Positions 1 through 17,149 of a DNA stretch of 64,000 bases are shown here, one piece after another. A model generated the notes under the pieces. The model was not told where the DNA came from and did no database searches. It saw only the letters and a list, made by a program, of their open reading frames with translations. Both the position numbers and the translations under genes were made by a program. This DNA is from the human T2T-CHM13v2.0 reference genome, Homo sapiens: NCBI RefSeq assembly GCF_009914755.1, contig NC_060936.1. One strand, given 5' to 3'. Numbering within the stretch: the stretch's first letter is position 1; each line of letters opens with the position of its first letter.

Positions 1-316
1 TTTTCTATCCTTGCGATAGTTTGCTCAGAATGATGGTTTCCAGCTTCATCCATGTCCCTACAAAGGGCATAAACTCATCCTTCTTTATGGCTGCATAGTA
101 TTCCATGGTGTATATGTGCCACATTTTCTTAATCCAGTCTATCACTGATGGACATTTGGGTTGGTTCCAAGTCTTTGCTATTATAAATAGTGCCGTAATA
201 AACATATGTGTGCATGTGTCTTTATAGCAGCATGATTTGTAATCCTTTGGGTATCTACCCAGTAATGGGATGGCTGGGTCAAATGGTATTTCTAGGTCTA
301 GATTCTTGAGGAATCA
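1..316 (-). mobile_element. L1PA LINE-1 fragment (ORF2 C-terminus), 5'-truncated, continues off the window start
   Basis: ORF 5..205 MFITALFIIAKTWNQPKCPS...WMKLETIILSKLSQG is the L1 ORF2p C-terminal region; L1 similarity stops near 316. Confidence 0.92.
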
Positions 317-1111
317 GATGGGTGGCATTCTTTATGAAGGAAATAATAGGGTACATTTCTCAGAAGGGATGAAAAGGTGGGATCCAGAGAGGAGCCTATG
401 CCCCCTTGTTCACTGGGAAGTCCCTGGTGTGACTGTCCAGAAGGGAACCACAGTCCAATCTGAATAGCCTTGGTGGGCTATTTCTAGAAGTGACCCTGAC
501 CCTGTGTGCTGTTGGCGCCTTCTCATGTTAAACCACTCTCCTAAGGGCTCCTGGGACAATATTTAATAACACTTTTACTGGGTACCTACTGTGTGGATGC
601 AGGACACTGTCCCAGGCAGTGTGGAGGACTTCTGTGCTATATGACAAAGCACTCAGGGGCGCTTCTGTCTTCCCATCTGTGACTTCCAGAACAATTCGCG
701 CGTACCATGGAAAGTTGAGCCACAGTCACACTACCGTTAATTTGCTCACCTCCATTTCTCCAATTTCCAGACCAATAACTAGATGTATCAGATCCTTAAG
801 GTCGGGAAGTGTATTTTACTCTTCTTTTTATCTCCATGGTTTAGCCCAGAACCTGGCACAGAAACTATCAGTAAAGAAGGGAATTCTGGATGTGTGAGAT
901 GTGGGGTGGGTGAAACAAGATGGAGCTGTAGAGGAAAAGAGAGCAGTGGCACCCAGGAATCCCTTAGGACTTAAAGATAACCCTTATTCATAGCCTTATT
1001 CGTAGCCTCTAAAAACCATGCTCAAGAGACGGATGTTGGCTTAAGCACATGTTGATAATCAGCAGACGTGTAAGGTAGGGCTCAAGCCTACTCCCCAAAC
1101 CCGCTTAACTC

Positions 1112-1528
<417 letters not shown>

Positions 1529-3362
1529 CTACTAGTGGACTAGCTTATTGCCTTGTAGGGATTTAGGGACTTTCCACCATGTTTCAGGTAAAGAACTGTG
1601 GGAAGAGAACTTACTGGTTTCTAAAAAGAGAATGACTCATGTAGTCCTAGTATCAGACAAGGAGCTTAATGGATTTGTTTTCACTGAATTGATGAGTTGT
1701 CGGTGCCATGCCCTTTTCTATCTGGTGTGCCTATTGTGTGTGTATGTCTGTGCATATTTGGACTCCTGTTTCCCAAGCTGCATTGACCCTTGTAAAATCT
1801 CCAAGATTCCCCAGGCCTGAAGCTGAGCTGTATGCAGTGGACATAACCTACTGCATACCCTCCCTCTCCCACCCCAACACACACACACATGCCCTGCCAA
1901 AGATGTCCCCCCACTCAGATGCTGGGAGGAATCATCCCTCTTCCATCTTCCTTTGTTTTGAACTTAGCAGTCTTAGGGTCCAAAAAGGTGAGCCTCTGAA
2001 AGTCATTCAGGAAAACATTTACTACAAATCAGGAGGTATTATAGGTTGTACTAGTGGAATTTGCTTCATATGGAAACAGTGTGGTTTTGGCTTAAGGGAG
2101 TTTGTAATGGGTGGGAGAGGAGCTGGAGATTAAGAGAATGTGGATGGATTCAAGAAAGGAAAAGAAGACATTAGGCAACCATATTAAACACATTCCTGAA
2201 AACTTGGAAAGTCAAATCCCTAAATCTCCCTGTGGTTCTGGGAAGCTCAGGAAACAGGAAGTTTTGTGAGGTTAGGGAGGGATTTCATGAGGCCAAGTGA
2301 TGGTTAAAGCCAGGTCACATGCGGGCACTGTGTGTTCATATCTGCTGCCTCTGACAAATGCAGTAGGTTCAGTCTGGGATGCTTCTGGGAGTTGACTAAT
2401 GGGCGTTGCCTAGCCTGAGCTCCACAGCCGTTAATGCCAAGAATGGCCTGAAGACAGACAAAAGGTGAGAAGTGCTGGATCTGGGAGCTGCATTGAGCTG
2501 ATGCCCTGGCTGGTGTAGTAGACTCAGACTCCCAAATTATTAGCGCAGATTGTACCACAGGAAAGGGGATAGGGCCTCACAACAGACTTGCAGGCTTCCT
2601 TCCCCGAATGGAAACTTGAGCCCATCACTGTGTCTTTTCAGTGCTCTCAAAGTACTTAGCACTTAGACAGTAAATATCAGTACAAGTTGGCAACTTGCTG
2701 TGAATAAAGAGTGCTCCTTAAGGGAGAAAGTAAGAGCTCTCAAAGATAATATTTAACTTGAATGTGTTGCTTTGTGATGGTTGCTGTCGCTCTCTTTTTA
2801 AGAGAACTCTAAAATGACTGACCCCTTAGTTCTTTAAGGGTTAGAGAATGACCCTAGGGTAGTGAAGTTTTATTTCCAACACGGTTCAGTAGAATAAAAA
2901 TGGATATAGAAGGAAGTGAAGAGGAGAGGAGTAAGCCATTTACAGAGAATGCAATTCAATCCAAATTTCAAAGCGATTTCTCTATTTCTCTGTTCTCTAA
3001 TACCTTGAATCATAAAAAAAAGAAAAAAAAAGAGCACATTTCTATAAGGCCTACAGAATCAGTCTTGTTTCCCCAGGGTGACAAATATACCAGGTAAAGA
3101 GGCAACTGCCACAGCTGATGAGCAGGAAAACTGGACAAAATAACATCCTCCCAAGACACACTCGAGGAATCCTTCCTGTACCCCCTCAGAAGGCAGGGAA
3201 GAATGGATGTGCCCTGATGATGCAGCCCTGTGTGGTTGACAGGCTCTTGGGATGAGGGATGAAGAGAAGGCAGGGCTTCACCGAATAAGCATCTAGCTGA
3301 GGGCAGAAAATCTCGTGAAGGTTGGCTGGGGCTACAAAGGTTCAGGAGATGACAGCACTTAC

Positions 3363-3502
<140 letters not shown>

Positions 3503-4100
3503 TTAGAGAAAGGCTTTCATGCCATCTGCCAGGAGTACGATTTTGGATCACCCTTCTTGCAGTCAGGCGCAGCCTCTGTTGGAGTAGCCCATTACCCTAT
3601 GCCACCACATTTCCCGAAGACTAATTCACAATGGGGGCTTCTCCTTAAATACACATCTTTGCAATAGGTGACCCCAGACTGTAGGCTGAGAGCTATGGAA
3701 AAAGTCTGAGTCAAGGCTGCACCCAAGGCCACTGCACACCACCCCTACTCCTTCCCACCCACACCCCAATGTTGGCTTAATTCTTCATCTTATATGTGCA
3801 TCTTTCACTTTATCCAATGGAGACTGGTCTTGAAAAGCTGTGTGTATGTCACAACTGAAAAGTAACCCAAACAGTAGATTTTACATATTGAGAAAGCTTG
3901 CAAATAAAGGAACCTAGAGGTAAATCATTTTGTAAAGTACACGGTGATCCAATATACAATTTTGTATGTTACTTCAATTTAAAATTAAAGATGCCTACCT
4001 CCATTCTTTAAAGAGCCTTTGGGCTCCTCCCCTTCAGGGCAAAGACTCAAGCCCTCCAGCTAGGGCTTCAAAAGTGGCCAGGGCCAACCACCCTCTCTCA

Positions 4101-4355
<255 letters not shown>

Positions 4356-4948
4356 TTAAGACCCTAGCAGCATCTGAGAAGGGGAGAATGAGGCACAGCT
4401 GAAACCAGGGAGGAACATTACTTCATTTCTAGTCCTTTGACGTCACTCACAGCTCCCACTCCATAACCAATATATACCCAAGTAAGCTTGACTGACTGTA
4501 AATACTGTTGGGGAGATTTGAGAAGAAATCATCGAATTTTCATAAATCCTGCAGGGAAATAATGTTGCTCTAGTTATCATTTTTTGTCTTTTTCCTCATT
4601 TAATTTTGGGGTGGTTCCCTCCCTGCCTCCCTTCTTCACTCTTTTCCTTTCATTTTACCAAATAATAATAATAATAGTGGAGAAAAAGGAGGAAAAAGCT
4701 AAGCCTTCCTACATGGTTACTTGGCAACAAGAGTAGGTTAGCACTGTTGGTGGTTTTCTATTTGTGAATCTTATTTATCCCTGCTGTTCTGTTTTTGCAT
4801 TCCTGCATATGAATGAAAGTCAGCTCAAGGAGGAATTTGTGTCACCCTTTGGGGCTCAGAAGAGAAAAGTGGGAGATCACAGTGCAGTTTAGATCCGGAG
4901 AGGCCCAAGTCAATGGTAACTACTGTAAATTCCTTATCAGACACATAC

Positions 4949-5120
4949 TTGCCACAAAGCCCCAAGGGAGGGGAGGGGAGGGAAGCCTTCTCCATCAACC
5001 GCTTCCCTCCAAATCGGAGAGTGGGGTGACATGGGCCTTGCAACGTGGCAAATTCCAGTAGTCCTTTCTCACCTCTCTTGGCTGGTGGTGTAAGTTCAAT
5101 GAAACTTCGGCACCTCTCCC
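4949..5120 (-). CDS. GSG1: GSG1 extended form of the same exon (alternative donor, +124 nt, frameshifting)
   Basis: Open frame GEKGLLEFATLQGPCHPTLRFGGKRLMEKASLPSPPLGLCGK to GCAA|gtatgt donor at 4947-4948; the shifted frame stays open to a stop in the last exon. Confidence 0.72.
5073..5120 (-). CDS. GSG1: GSG1 48-nt exon (GERCRSFIELTPPAKR), short-donor form
   Basis: tttcag|GGGAGA acceptor, AGAG|gtgaga donor; CRSFI motif of the first extracellular loop. Confidence 0.95.
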
Positions 5121-5410
5121 CTGAAACATACAAGGTACAACGTCATGGAGCTACTCCCTGGGATGGTTGGAATGAAAACCTTCCCCACCCCATAACTGGT
5201 ACTGCTCCCTCTGCTCTGACAGCACCTGCCCCGCATAGAGCAGGAAAGCAGGAAAGAATGCCTGGGTGAATGAATGGCACAGCCAAGAGTCAGCCCAGGT
5301 GAATTTCTCTCTTCAGTCTCTGATAATGCAGAAGATGTTTCCATGAGAGCACCTACATAGCTTAGTGTTCCCATTTCCCGTGTCCAGAAGAGTTAATGAT
5401 CTTAGTGTTA

Positions 5411-5584
<174 letters not shown>

Positions 5585-5979
5585 TCAAATTGTTCATGAT
5601 TCTGGGCATTAGAAGAACTTTAGTACCAGGTGCTTTCTTCCCAGGCCGGTCACCTTTCAGTGCTCTTGGGCAGGGAAGAGGAGGTGTCTTCAGCTCATTC
5701 CTCCAAACCTGAGGAACGCACATCGACCAGCACCTGCCTGCTTTGCTAGTGTGCACTGAGGGGCAGGAGACCTGGCAGATCTGCCTTCAGCTCCTTGAGG
5801 GCTCTCTTACATGATCAGTTACCCTGGCTGGCTGGCTTCGGTTCCCCCACTTTTAAATGGTAGCGGTAATACTTAGAATGAGAAAATACTTTGGGGCCAG
5901 GAAGAGGCTGTAAGATGATCTGCTGTGATGCTTTCATCTCACAAATGAGCAAATCAAGACCTATAGAAACGAAGTTATA

Positions 5980-6280
<301 letters not shown>

Positions 6281-6693
6281 TTACTTGTATGAGGTCACAG
6301 TTGAGCAGAGCTAGGGCTTTCCTACAATATTCCTCTCCCTTCGTTTTGTTTCTAAACAGCAATTCTAGCTCCCTAGACCAGAAATTCTCATAATGTGAAA
6401 GGTCTAAATGAAACTTTTAAGGTTAATTCTATTTTTAACATGCTATTTTGAACCAACAAGTCTACTACAGAGGGAGGAAGTGAAAATCCAGAGGACTTTC
6501 AACCTTATTAAAAGGGGCTCCTATAGAGAAGGACACTGGACGGAGGTGGAAGGTTCTGTGCTGGGAGAAGGGAGTGAGGCCCACTGGGGTGTGGGCAGTG
6601 CTGCACTTCCAGGGCAACGCCAGCCCTAAGCGGGCCTACCTGATTTCCATGCCTGCATTAGATCCCTTGCCCGCCCTGACCCCGTTGCTCTTA

Positions 6694-8171
<1,478 letters not shown>

Positions 8172-8934
8172 CAACACGGGGATGATGCATCTTTAAGTTG
8201 AACCTTACACAGATCCAACTACAGAAAAGTGGTGATTTGCATAGATTGAATGACAGGGGCTGGCCTCTGGGCATGATATGCAGCAATACACAGAAGTAGG
8301 ATAAAGGTGATCCACCAGAGAGGACAAATTAGAATGAGGAATGCAGAAGTCAGAGTGAATTGGAAGTGAGTATGTTAAAATCTTCCATTTCTGCCTCAAA
8401 TGGTGAGAGTGGAATCAACATAGCCTCCAGCCGGCAAATCCTAGGGAGGATGTATGTGTGTGTGTGTACCTTTATGGTGAGTGCCATAATGACCCCACCA
8501 ACAAACAGCAGGGGGATCTTTCTGAGTAGCAGTGATGGATCTGCCAGCAGCCACTACCTGGAGTTCTTGGACCAGCAGATTGAGCGAGAGAGAGAGAAGG
8601 TGGATTGCTGCACATTTGATACCACTGCTGGCCAGGCCCTGTCTACTGAAGTCCTGCCCCTTCTGAGGCTCACCCCAAGTCCCAACTGCTTCAGGGAGGT
8701 CCCCTAACCAGCACCTTCCATGGGAAGTGAGGCTTGGAAGGGCTTCAAGGACTGTGGTGTGTGCCTTCTTAATAGTACTCTTTTCACATTTATTTTTGGT
8801 CATGTCTTATCTTCCCTCCAAGATTTCAAGCTGCCATTAGGTAGCAAAAACGTGTCTTTGTAATTTTTATCTTTCCCACAGCAACTAGCACAGTATTTTA
8901 CACATTAGACACTCAACACTAAACTGCTGAGTAA

Positions 8935-9306
<372 letters not shown>

Positions 9307-11807
9307 GTTATATAAGCTTTTAACTTTATGTAAAATAACATTAATACATATAAATATATAATTATATAATTAATAATTGACAAGGCAATTGATAACTTCT
9401 GGAAAAGTTTTATGTAAAGTCTAAACTTTATATAAAAGTTTAGAAAAAAGAATTGGGAGCATTCCAAATGCTCTTTGTGATAATCGTTTTTGGCTTTGTC
9501 TTCACTGACAGGTAGTAGCACTGACTTGCTGAAGCATTTGCTATTGTAACAAAGTGAGCTATTGGTGTCCTTTTCCCTGCATTACAGATTCCTCTGAAAG
9601 GAGTCATAGCAATGAATATTAAACTGGAAATCTCCGGGGGAAGCAGATGGATGCTTTGGGGCCTGGAGGATAAAAGAGGGCAGTGAACCTACTGGGATGT
9701 GGGGCTATTGAAACCTTTGGAAAGGAGATGGGGCTTATGGTTCTGGGAGAGGTAGCAGTCGGGCCCAGCTTCCATCCACTGCCACAGAGACAATAGAGTT
9801 TCAAATGCGAGGTGGCTGTGTGGTGCCTGTGTAGGCTGGACACCAGGTTTGGTGTCCACAGAGCCATGGGTAGGGTGTCGGCAGCCAAGCCCTTGGTCAG
9901 TGGAGAGGAACCTGGAGGGCCGTGTCTTCCAGCCTGGTGCAGAAGTGCCTGCCTCACAGTGGGGACATAGGGGAGGCTGCCGAAAGAACTGAGGCCCCAG
10001 ATGGCTCTGGCAGGAGCCCCTACTCTCCATGTCATTTTCAGCCTAAGAGAAGAGGAGGCAAGCTAAAATATGACTGGTATTAGACGGCCAACTTTGCTGA
10101 GTGGTGGCTTGGAGCCAGATTTAATTGGACTTAGAGAAGTAATTTGGCAAGTCTCTCACTTTGTGTTAGAGCAGTTTATACAGTTATATTAATGCACATG
10201 GAACAGAAAAGAAGCCCATGGTTAGTTGCTGACAGACGCTTCTTAAAGTAAACCTTCTTGAGCTTTCCAGGGGATCCTTCATATCAGAATTAATCACACT
10301 TAAATCTGCTTATCTTAAGAGCCATAAATAAAACCATAGCTAAATGGACAGGTCCATAAATTTCCCTCCCTTATCACACCCAGCTTACTGTTTCTACATT
10401 TAAGAGAGAACTTTACCTGAGAAATGAAACAATTTGTTCTTCAGAATTTCCAGGGACTAAGACAGTGCATATCACAAAATGCTTATTATTTATGGCAATA
10501 AGAAATACACAAAGATCATATGTATGTAAAACCAATATGTAAAACATGATAAAGACAACTTCTGAAAAGCAATCTGCTAATATGATTTTACTTTTAAAGG
10601 CACTCAACAAATTAACTCTGCCAAGAATTGTCAGTTCTTGCAAGACTCTGGGTGACCTTGACTAAGGACAAAAAATCCGCAGCATCTGGGAGGAGGAAAG
10701 ATTTTCTGTTGGTAGACACTGAAGTCGCGTGTTGCCCAGTTCCCCTTTCCTAAAATGTTTTCATCTTGGTTTTAGTTATGAAAATCCTATGGGTTTTAGT
10801 CATCATTCTCTTACTGTGAGTCATCCTTTCTAATAATTCTTACATTGCTTGAATAAGAAATGGACTTCCAGGTAAAACATCTTCACTAACTATTTGGTGT
10901 AAAGACTGACCTAAAGACTTAGGCAATTCTAACTTTTGTGACCTCAGCATTCATTTTTCAACAATCATTTTCATTCTGGTTTGGAAATTTGTCTATTATC
11001 ACATCAGATTTTAACCCCACACTCAATCCATTTCAAGTTATACTTGCAAGATTTTTACTCCACATTCAATCCACTTCAAGTTATATATATTTGCAAGTTA
11101 TTCTCGGGGTTATTCAGAAATAAGAAAGAATAACGAACCCCATACTAAGATACACCCACTTTGTGGCACCAAGGTGACAACCAATTTAAGGAAGAGGCAA
11201 TTTGAGAAACAAAGAATAAAAAAGAGCTTGGACTGAAGCTCAAAGAGGTTCCTTCCAGAAGGAGTGTCCACCAGGGAGAGACACAAGGAACCTCATTCAA
11301 AAATCATCTTCTTGATATCGAATGATCATCTCATTCAAGAATTTTCAAGAATTATCTCCAACACCTATAGTACCATGCCCTTTGTCACATACTTTACTCC
11401 TTTCCCCAAACATGCCTTTTCCTGCTAGGGTCGGGATACCTCTTGAATTGGAAGAACAAATCTAATTTTGCAATGGTTTCCATAAAGTGATCCTGAAGAA
11501 GTAATGGCCATAAGAACAACTCTATCTTTGTGTATGCAACAGATCCCATGCCAAGGTGACTCTTTACTCGCTAGAAAAGGGACAGAGTGGTTTCTCTAAC
11601 ACTTGGGCCCTTAGATCATTAGGAAGTGCGTAGGCGCCAATGTATAATCAGTAACCCTTACATCAGCATATATTAACAGAGTAACCCAGAATTAGCATAG
11701 GCTAGGAAGGACAACAGATAGATGAGGCAGGTGCACTTCTTAAAAGAGCCAGGTACAAAATAGCTGTAGACTGCATCCTTTGAGCAATAGGAGGGGAAGC
11801 CGGTTAC

Positions 11808-11816
11808 CTTGGCCAT
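11808..11816 (-). CDS. GSG1: GSG1 proximal alternative first coding exon (MAK)
   Basis: gACCATGG strong Kozak; ATG GCC AAG|gtaacc donor; phase 0 matches the 7029 acceptor. Confidence 0.85.
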
Positions 11817-12401
11817 GGTCAGCGTCTTGCAGCTTGTCTGGAAGAACCGAAGGATGCCATCTGCACTCCAAGTCCCTTTGGTTTAATGTTGCAAGAATGC
11901 AAACTGTCTTCCTACCCTCCTCCCTCTCCTCCTACCCCTCCCCTTCTATCTCATATTCTTTGGAGTGCCTCATGATTAAATGCTGCCTTACAGGGAACAC
12001 GGGCATTTAATAATTGACAAGGCAATCAGGGCCCAGCTGTTCTGGGAGATTACACCAGAGAGCTTGCCAATGGGGATCTGGGATTAAGCACAAAGAAGCA
12101 AGGACCTGCAATTTGCAGAGGAAATTTTCTTTAAAAAGTAAATGATGGTTTAGTTTCCACTGCCTGCCATTCCCTAGGTAACTGGTGTGAATGGATTGGG
12201 CTTGGATTTATGACAGACGAAGATATGGCAGGTCACCATCACTGCAGAAGTTTACCTTCCCTCGAGTAGGGTTTCCTATCCCTTTGAAGAAACTCTATTC
12301 TCTGCAATGTCGGGGCCTCATGGAGCCATGAACAGGAAATAGCTTCCTTGTTCCATGGGTGGTCTCCACCTTCCAGTTAGAACATTAGAATAAGTACTAT
12401 T

Positions 12402-12835
<434 letters not shown>

Positions 12836-13001
12836 TTACCATTCCTCTCCCAACCTTCAGGCAAAGGAATGACAATATTTTATATTTCAAAAAAGAGTTT
12901 CTAAAATGCTGAAAAAGTAATCTAAGAAACCAGTAAGGGGTCGTTTGCATATGTTCTTGCCACCAGTCAGCCAGAAGTACAAGTTGTTCTTTCTCTCCTC
13001 A

Positions 13002-13310
<309 letters not shown>

Positions 13311-13526
13311 GTGCAAATTAATTGGGACACCAATGTTGAAAGAGATTCTGCCGCTGTTTGTGAGTCCCTAAACCCTGCATGGACTTTCATCCTCCAAGCC
13401 TTTGCTGATGCTCTTCCTTCTGCCTGGACTGCCTTCAATCTCTTTTTACCTGGTGAATTGCCTGCCTTTCAACGAAATTAGTCTAAAAAGTCATCCACTC
13501 TTTGAAAATGTTTCTTTTCTCCCTAG

Positions 13527-13745
<219 letters not shown>

Positions 13746-13800
13746 TAACTACTGCATTTGTCTGAAATGTAACTTCCTCAAAGGTCTCACTTTCATTTTA

Positions 13801-13945
13801 GAGCAGTCGTTCTCAGTTCTGATGAACTGAGTTCAGAACAATCTTTGGAAGTTTGGAAAATATGCCGATTCCTGGACCCACCCTGAGATTTCATAGTAGT
13901 TCTGGGTGAGGCCCAGGAATTGGTAATTTTAGAAAGTTCTTAATA
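13801..13945. mobile_element. MER5A-like hAT-Charlie remnant
   Basis: cagtcgttctc...gattcctggacccacc...gaggcccaggaat pattern. Confidence 0.5.
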
Positions 13946-14404
13946 TATACCCAGGGAATTCATGTAAAATGGCACCTGTTCAACTCATTTTGGGCTTACA
14001 TTTAATAAAACCCTCTGTATCCGCCCCCGGCCGTTCCTCCCCCTCTTCCAGACTAGCCATGAGGTCATGTTTTTCCCATTCTATATTTGTGCAGTTCGTT
14101 TAGGGAATCAAAGGCAGGTTCTTCTGAACTTAATTGTTTGAATTAGTCCACGTTCTAGCCAAATGAGTTGCTTCGGATCCTGCTTTTGTCACCTGTAATG
14201 TCTGCTCTCCTCAGACTGATGTTAACAAGCAAATTTGATAAACATGTGCCATGTGCAGGTACATTTTCTGCATCGCCCAAACAACCCTTTATTTGTTGTG
14301 ACAGAACTCACTCTCCTTTGGAAGGAGAAGCAGGAATTTTGTGTTCTTTGTTTTTTTTTTTTTTACGGTTGCATTGGCGGTTGGTTTCCTGGCTAGTAGT
14401 TTCA

Positions 14405-14460
14405 TCACAACGCTGGGTGGCGCTATCTCCTCGTCGTTTCCGCTTCCGTCACGTGCTTCC
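14405..14460. promoter_or_regulatory. Compact motif cluster: CTCF-like, 2x ETS, E-box
   Basis: cgctgggtggcgcta at 14411-14425; TTTCCG/CTTCCG at 14437-14448; GTCACGTG at 14448-14455; CpGs locally retained. Confidence 0.55.
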
Positions 14461-14662
14461 CCCACCAGTCGGCAAAATGTGGGTGGAAGTGGCTGCTCCT
14501 CCCCATAGGATCCTTTTATTTATTTATTTTTAATTTGGCATCCTCCCTGCCTGCTAATCTACAGAATGCCGTGTGTCAGCTCTATGGAATTCAGGGCTCA
14601 GGCTGAACTTTGGGGCATCCAGCCACTCCCTATAGGAGTCTTGTAGGATTGTTTCCTGTAGC

Positions 14663-14698
<36 letters not shown>

Positions 14699-15080
14699 TG
14701 CGGCCAGTTCCAGCTTCAGTGACTCAGTAGATCCTCAAATACTTCCCATGGGAAATACAACTCCACGGTATCAGAAAATACAGTTAGCCAATGTTTCCTG
14801 ATGAGTTTTGTGCACATTTTTCTTGATTGTATCTTCAGTCCCTTTCCACCCCAGAACAGTGAACAATTATTTTCCCCTCTCTGTGCTTACACCCTTCAAA
14901 TACTTGCAGACACTTCTCATAGCCCGCTTGAGTCACTGTTTGGCATGGCCTGATGTCTTTGGTTTTTATTGCCTCTGCTCATAAACTGCACCCCCTGTGC
15001 CTTAATAGCCTGAAGTTCGCCTTCTCCAGGGAAATGGGGATGGGAGTGGCAGACTCTTAAGTGTGTTATATGAGGAGGCT

Positions 15081-15256
15081 CAGGGGTGGATTTAGAGTGA
15101 AGCTAATGAAACTTCAGCTTCCATGTCCCCTACTCACTCCACCTCTTCTAAAACCTTGTTACCTAATTTACACTTGTAATTGTGTACTCTTTTTCTTAAA
15201 GAGGGCCTCCGAAATTATATTATTTTAGGCCTCCACAAAGCCTGGGTCCACCCCTT
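15081..15256 (+). mobile_element. MER53-like hAT MITE
   Basis: TIRs caggggtgga...tccacccct; perfect 8-bp TSD aggaggct at 15073-15080 and 15257-15264. Confidence 0.8.
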
Positions 15257-16338
15257 AGGAGGCTGTGCATTTTGTGTGTGTACTTGGCTGCCTGGCTGCT
15301 GAATGTGACCAGTCTTGATTCCCCCTCCCCAAGGACCCTGGGCCACAACGTCTAATTTCCTCTTTTTGACAAAACATGAGTTTCTCTGCCTGGCCACAAA
15401 CATCAGAGCCCAGCATCCCACTCACTTCCTTTCATTGTAATTTGGGCATGTTAATATTTTTTTCTTCCTTTTCCTCTCTTAGAACAGAAGAAGTAATTGC
15501 TAGTCAATGTGACATAAATATAATTAGGTTCGGCTCAGAAGCTCATGACTCAGCACAGACACGAAGATTCCACACCTAAAAACAGTATTTAGCTCTGGCA
15601 TGTTGGACTGTGACTATTCCAAGATGACCTCCGCAGGAATATATATGCACTTCACCATTTATGACACCACAAGGCCAACAGTGGGGACTAACCCATATTT
15701 GCTGAGGTCCTCAGTCACTGTTTCCTGTACTGGACAGAACCACATTTACTAGGCTGTGCATCAAGAGAAAACAGTGGTGTTGGGGCACCTACACATACTT
15801 CGTAAATGGGAATGCAATTTATTGTTTTGTGAGTTCACTGCAGGTTAGAAGTGATTAAATGACAAGCGTGAATGCTGAGCCGGAGAGCAGGTTATATACC
15901 ACACCACTTCTCTAATGCCAAGGCCTGGGGCTAAGGGATCCGGTGTTTTTTTTTGTTTTTTTTTTTTTTTTTTGTTTTTTCTTCATGTCATCCATACTGG
16001 CATCTTCCTGGAAAGGTTTGTTTGCCCTCCCTGGCAGGAGTATCTCTGTCCTCCCAGGAGCTAGATTTCTGACCCACGCGCCATTAGCTCCTTTCTGTTA
16101 CTCAGTAGACAAAGGCTGGAGTGGGTTGTAAATGTTTCGGCTATCGCCGGTCTGATGACCATGCATGCCCCTGGCCCTGTTCTTTGCTTCTGCATGTCCT
16201 AGCATGTGCCTCTCTCGTGTAACTCATCACATGGCTTACTTGTCTGTCATGCTCATTTGACTTTAAGTTGCTTGATATAGTAGCAGCTATGTTTTATTCA
16301 TTGTTGATCCTCAGAGCCTAGCAGTGTTTTAACATCTA

Positions 16339-16372
16339 TGAATGAATGAATGAATGAATGAATGAATGAATG
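16339..16372 (+). repeat. (GAAT)n microsatellite at an L2 3' end
   Basis: Tandem GAAT following L2-like ...cctagcagtg... Confidence 0.85.
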
Positions 16373-17149
16373 AGATTTGTAATGCAAAAAGGTTTATGGA
16401 TACAATTAGAAATCCTGAATGAAGATGTGAATAAAGAAGTGTGTCCAAACAGCCTTCTGTTGCTAAAGGAAACAGGACGCTTCTGGATTCACGTATGTAA
16501 GAGCAGCGAGAAGCTACAAAGGAAGCCCTGGGTCCACAGGCACACCCTAAGCCTTTCCAGGCAGATGCACCCAGAGTTTCATCAAACAGATTCTCTGCCA
16601 ATCCATTTCCTCTCACCTGTGGAAACATTCCTGCTTTTAAATGAGCAAAGCGCAGAAAACAGTGATGATCTCATGAAATAGTATATTATCTTTAGTGCAC
16701 AGAGATCAGGAGACAGATTGCTCAAAAACCAGTGACAGATTGGAAATGTTATGTCCTTTTCCAAGCTGGGTGGACCCCTACTGATTAGAGCCATTTTGGA
16801 TAATGTATCTCCAAACTTCTGAGCTTTTGCTGCTCTAACTGCAATGTTTACATCAGTGCCTGACCTTATACTCTTTCACTGATGAGGACAAAGATGGTCT
16901 TCACACGGGACATTTTCACATTTGTTTCCCAGCCCGGAAGGGAAGAGTAATGCCACCAAAATGCCCGTGCTTAGTGTTCAAAATGACTACATCACTGTAG
17001 GGCACTTAGCTCCGGGATTTATTCTCAGCTGTAACCACGTTTAAGGGGCCACATCACCTCAAATGGTCGCACAATCAAATGACTCTAGTCTTCCTAACGT
17101 AGGTCCCGAGTTTTGGGAACACTTCAATTCAGTGGGAAGGACCCTGGAA

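Noticed and set aside
8360-8803. Coding-looking ORFs on both strands in intron 1
   Set aside because: No homology I recognise; the candidate minus-strand donor is phase 1, incompatible with the phase-0 acceptor at 7029
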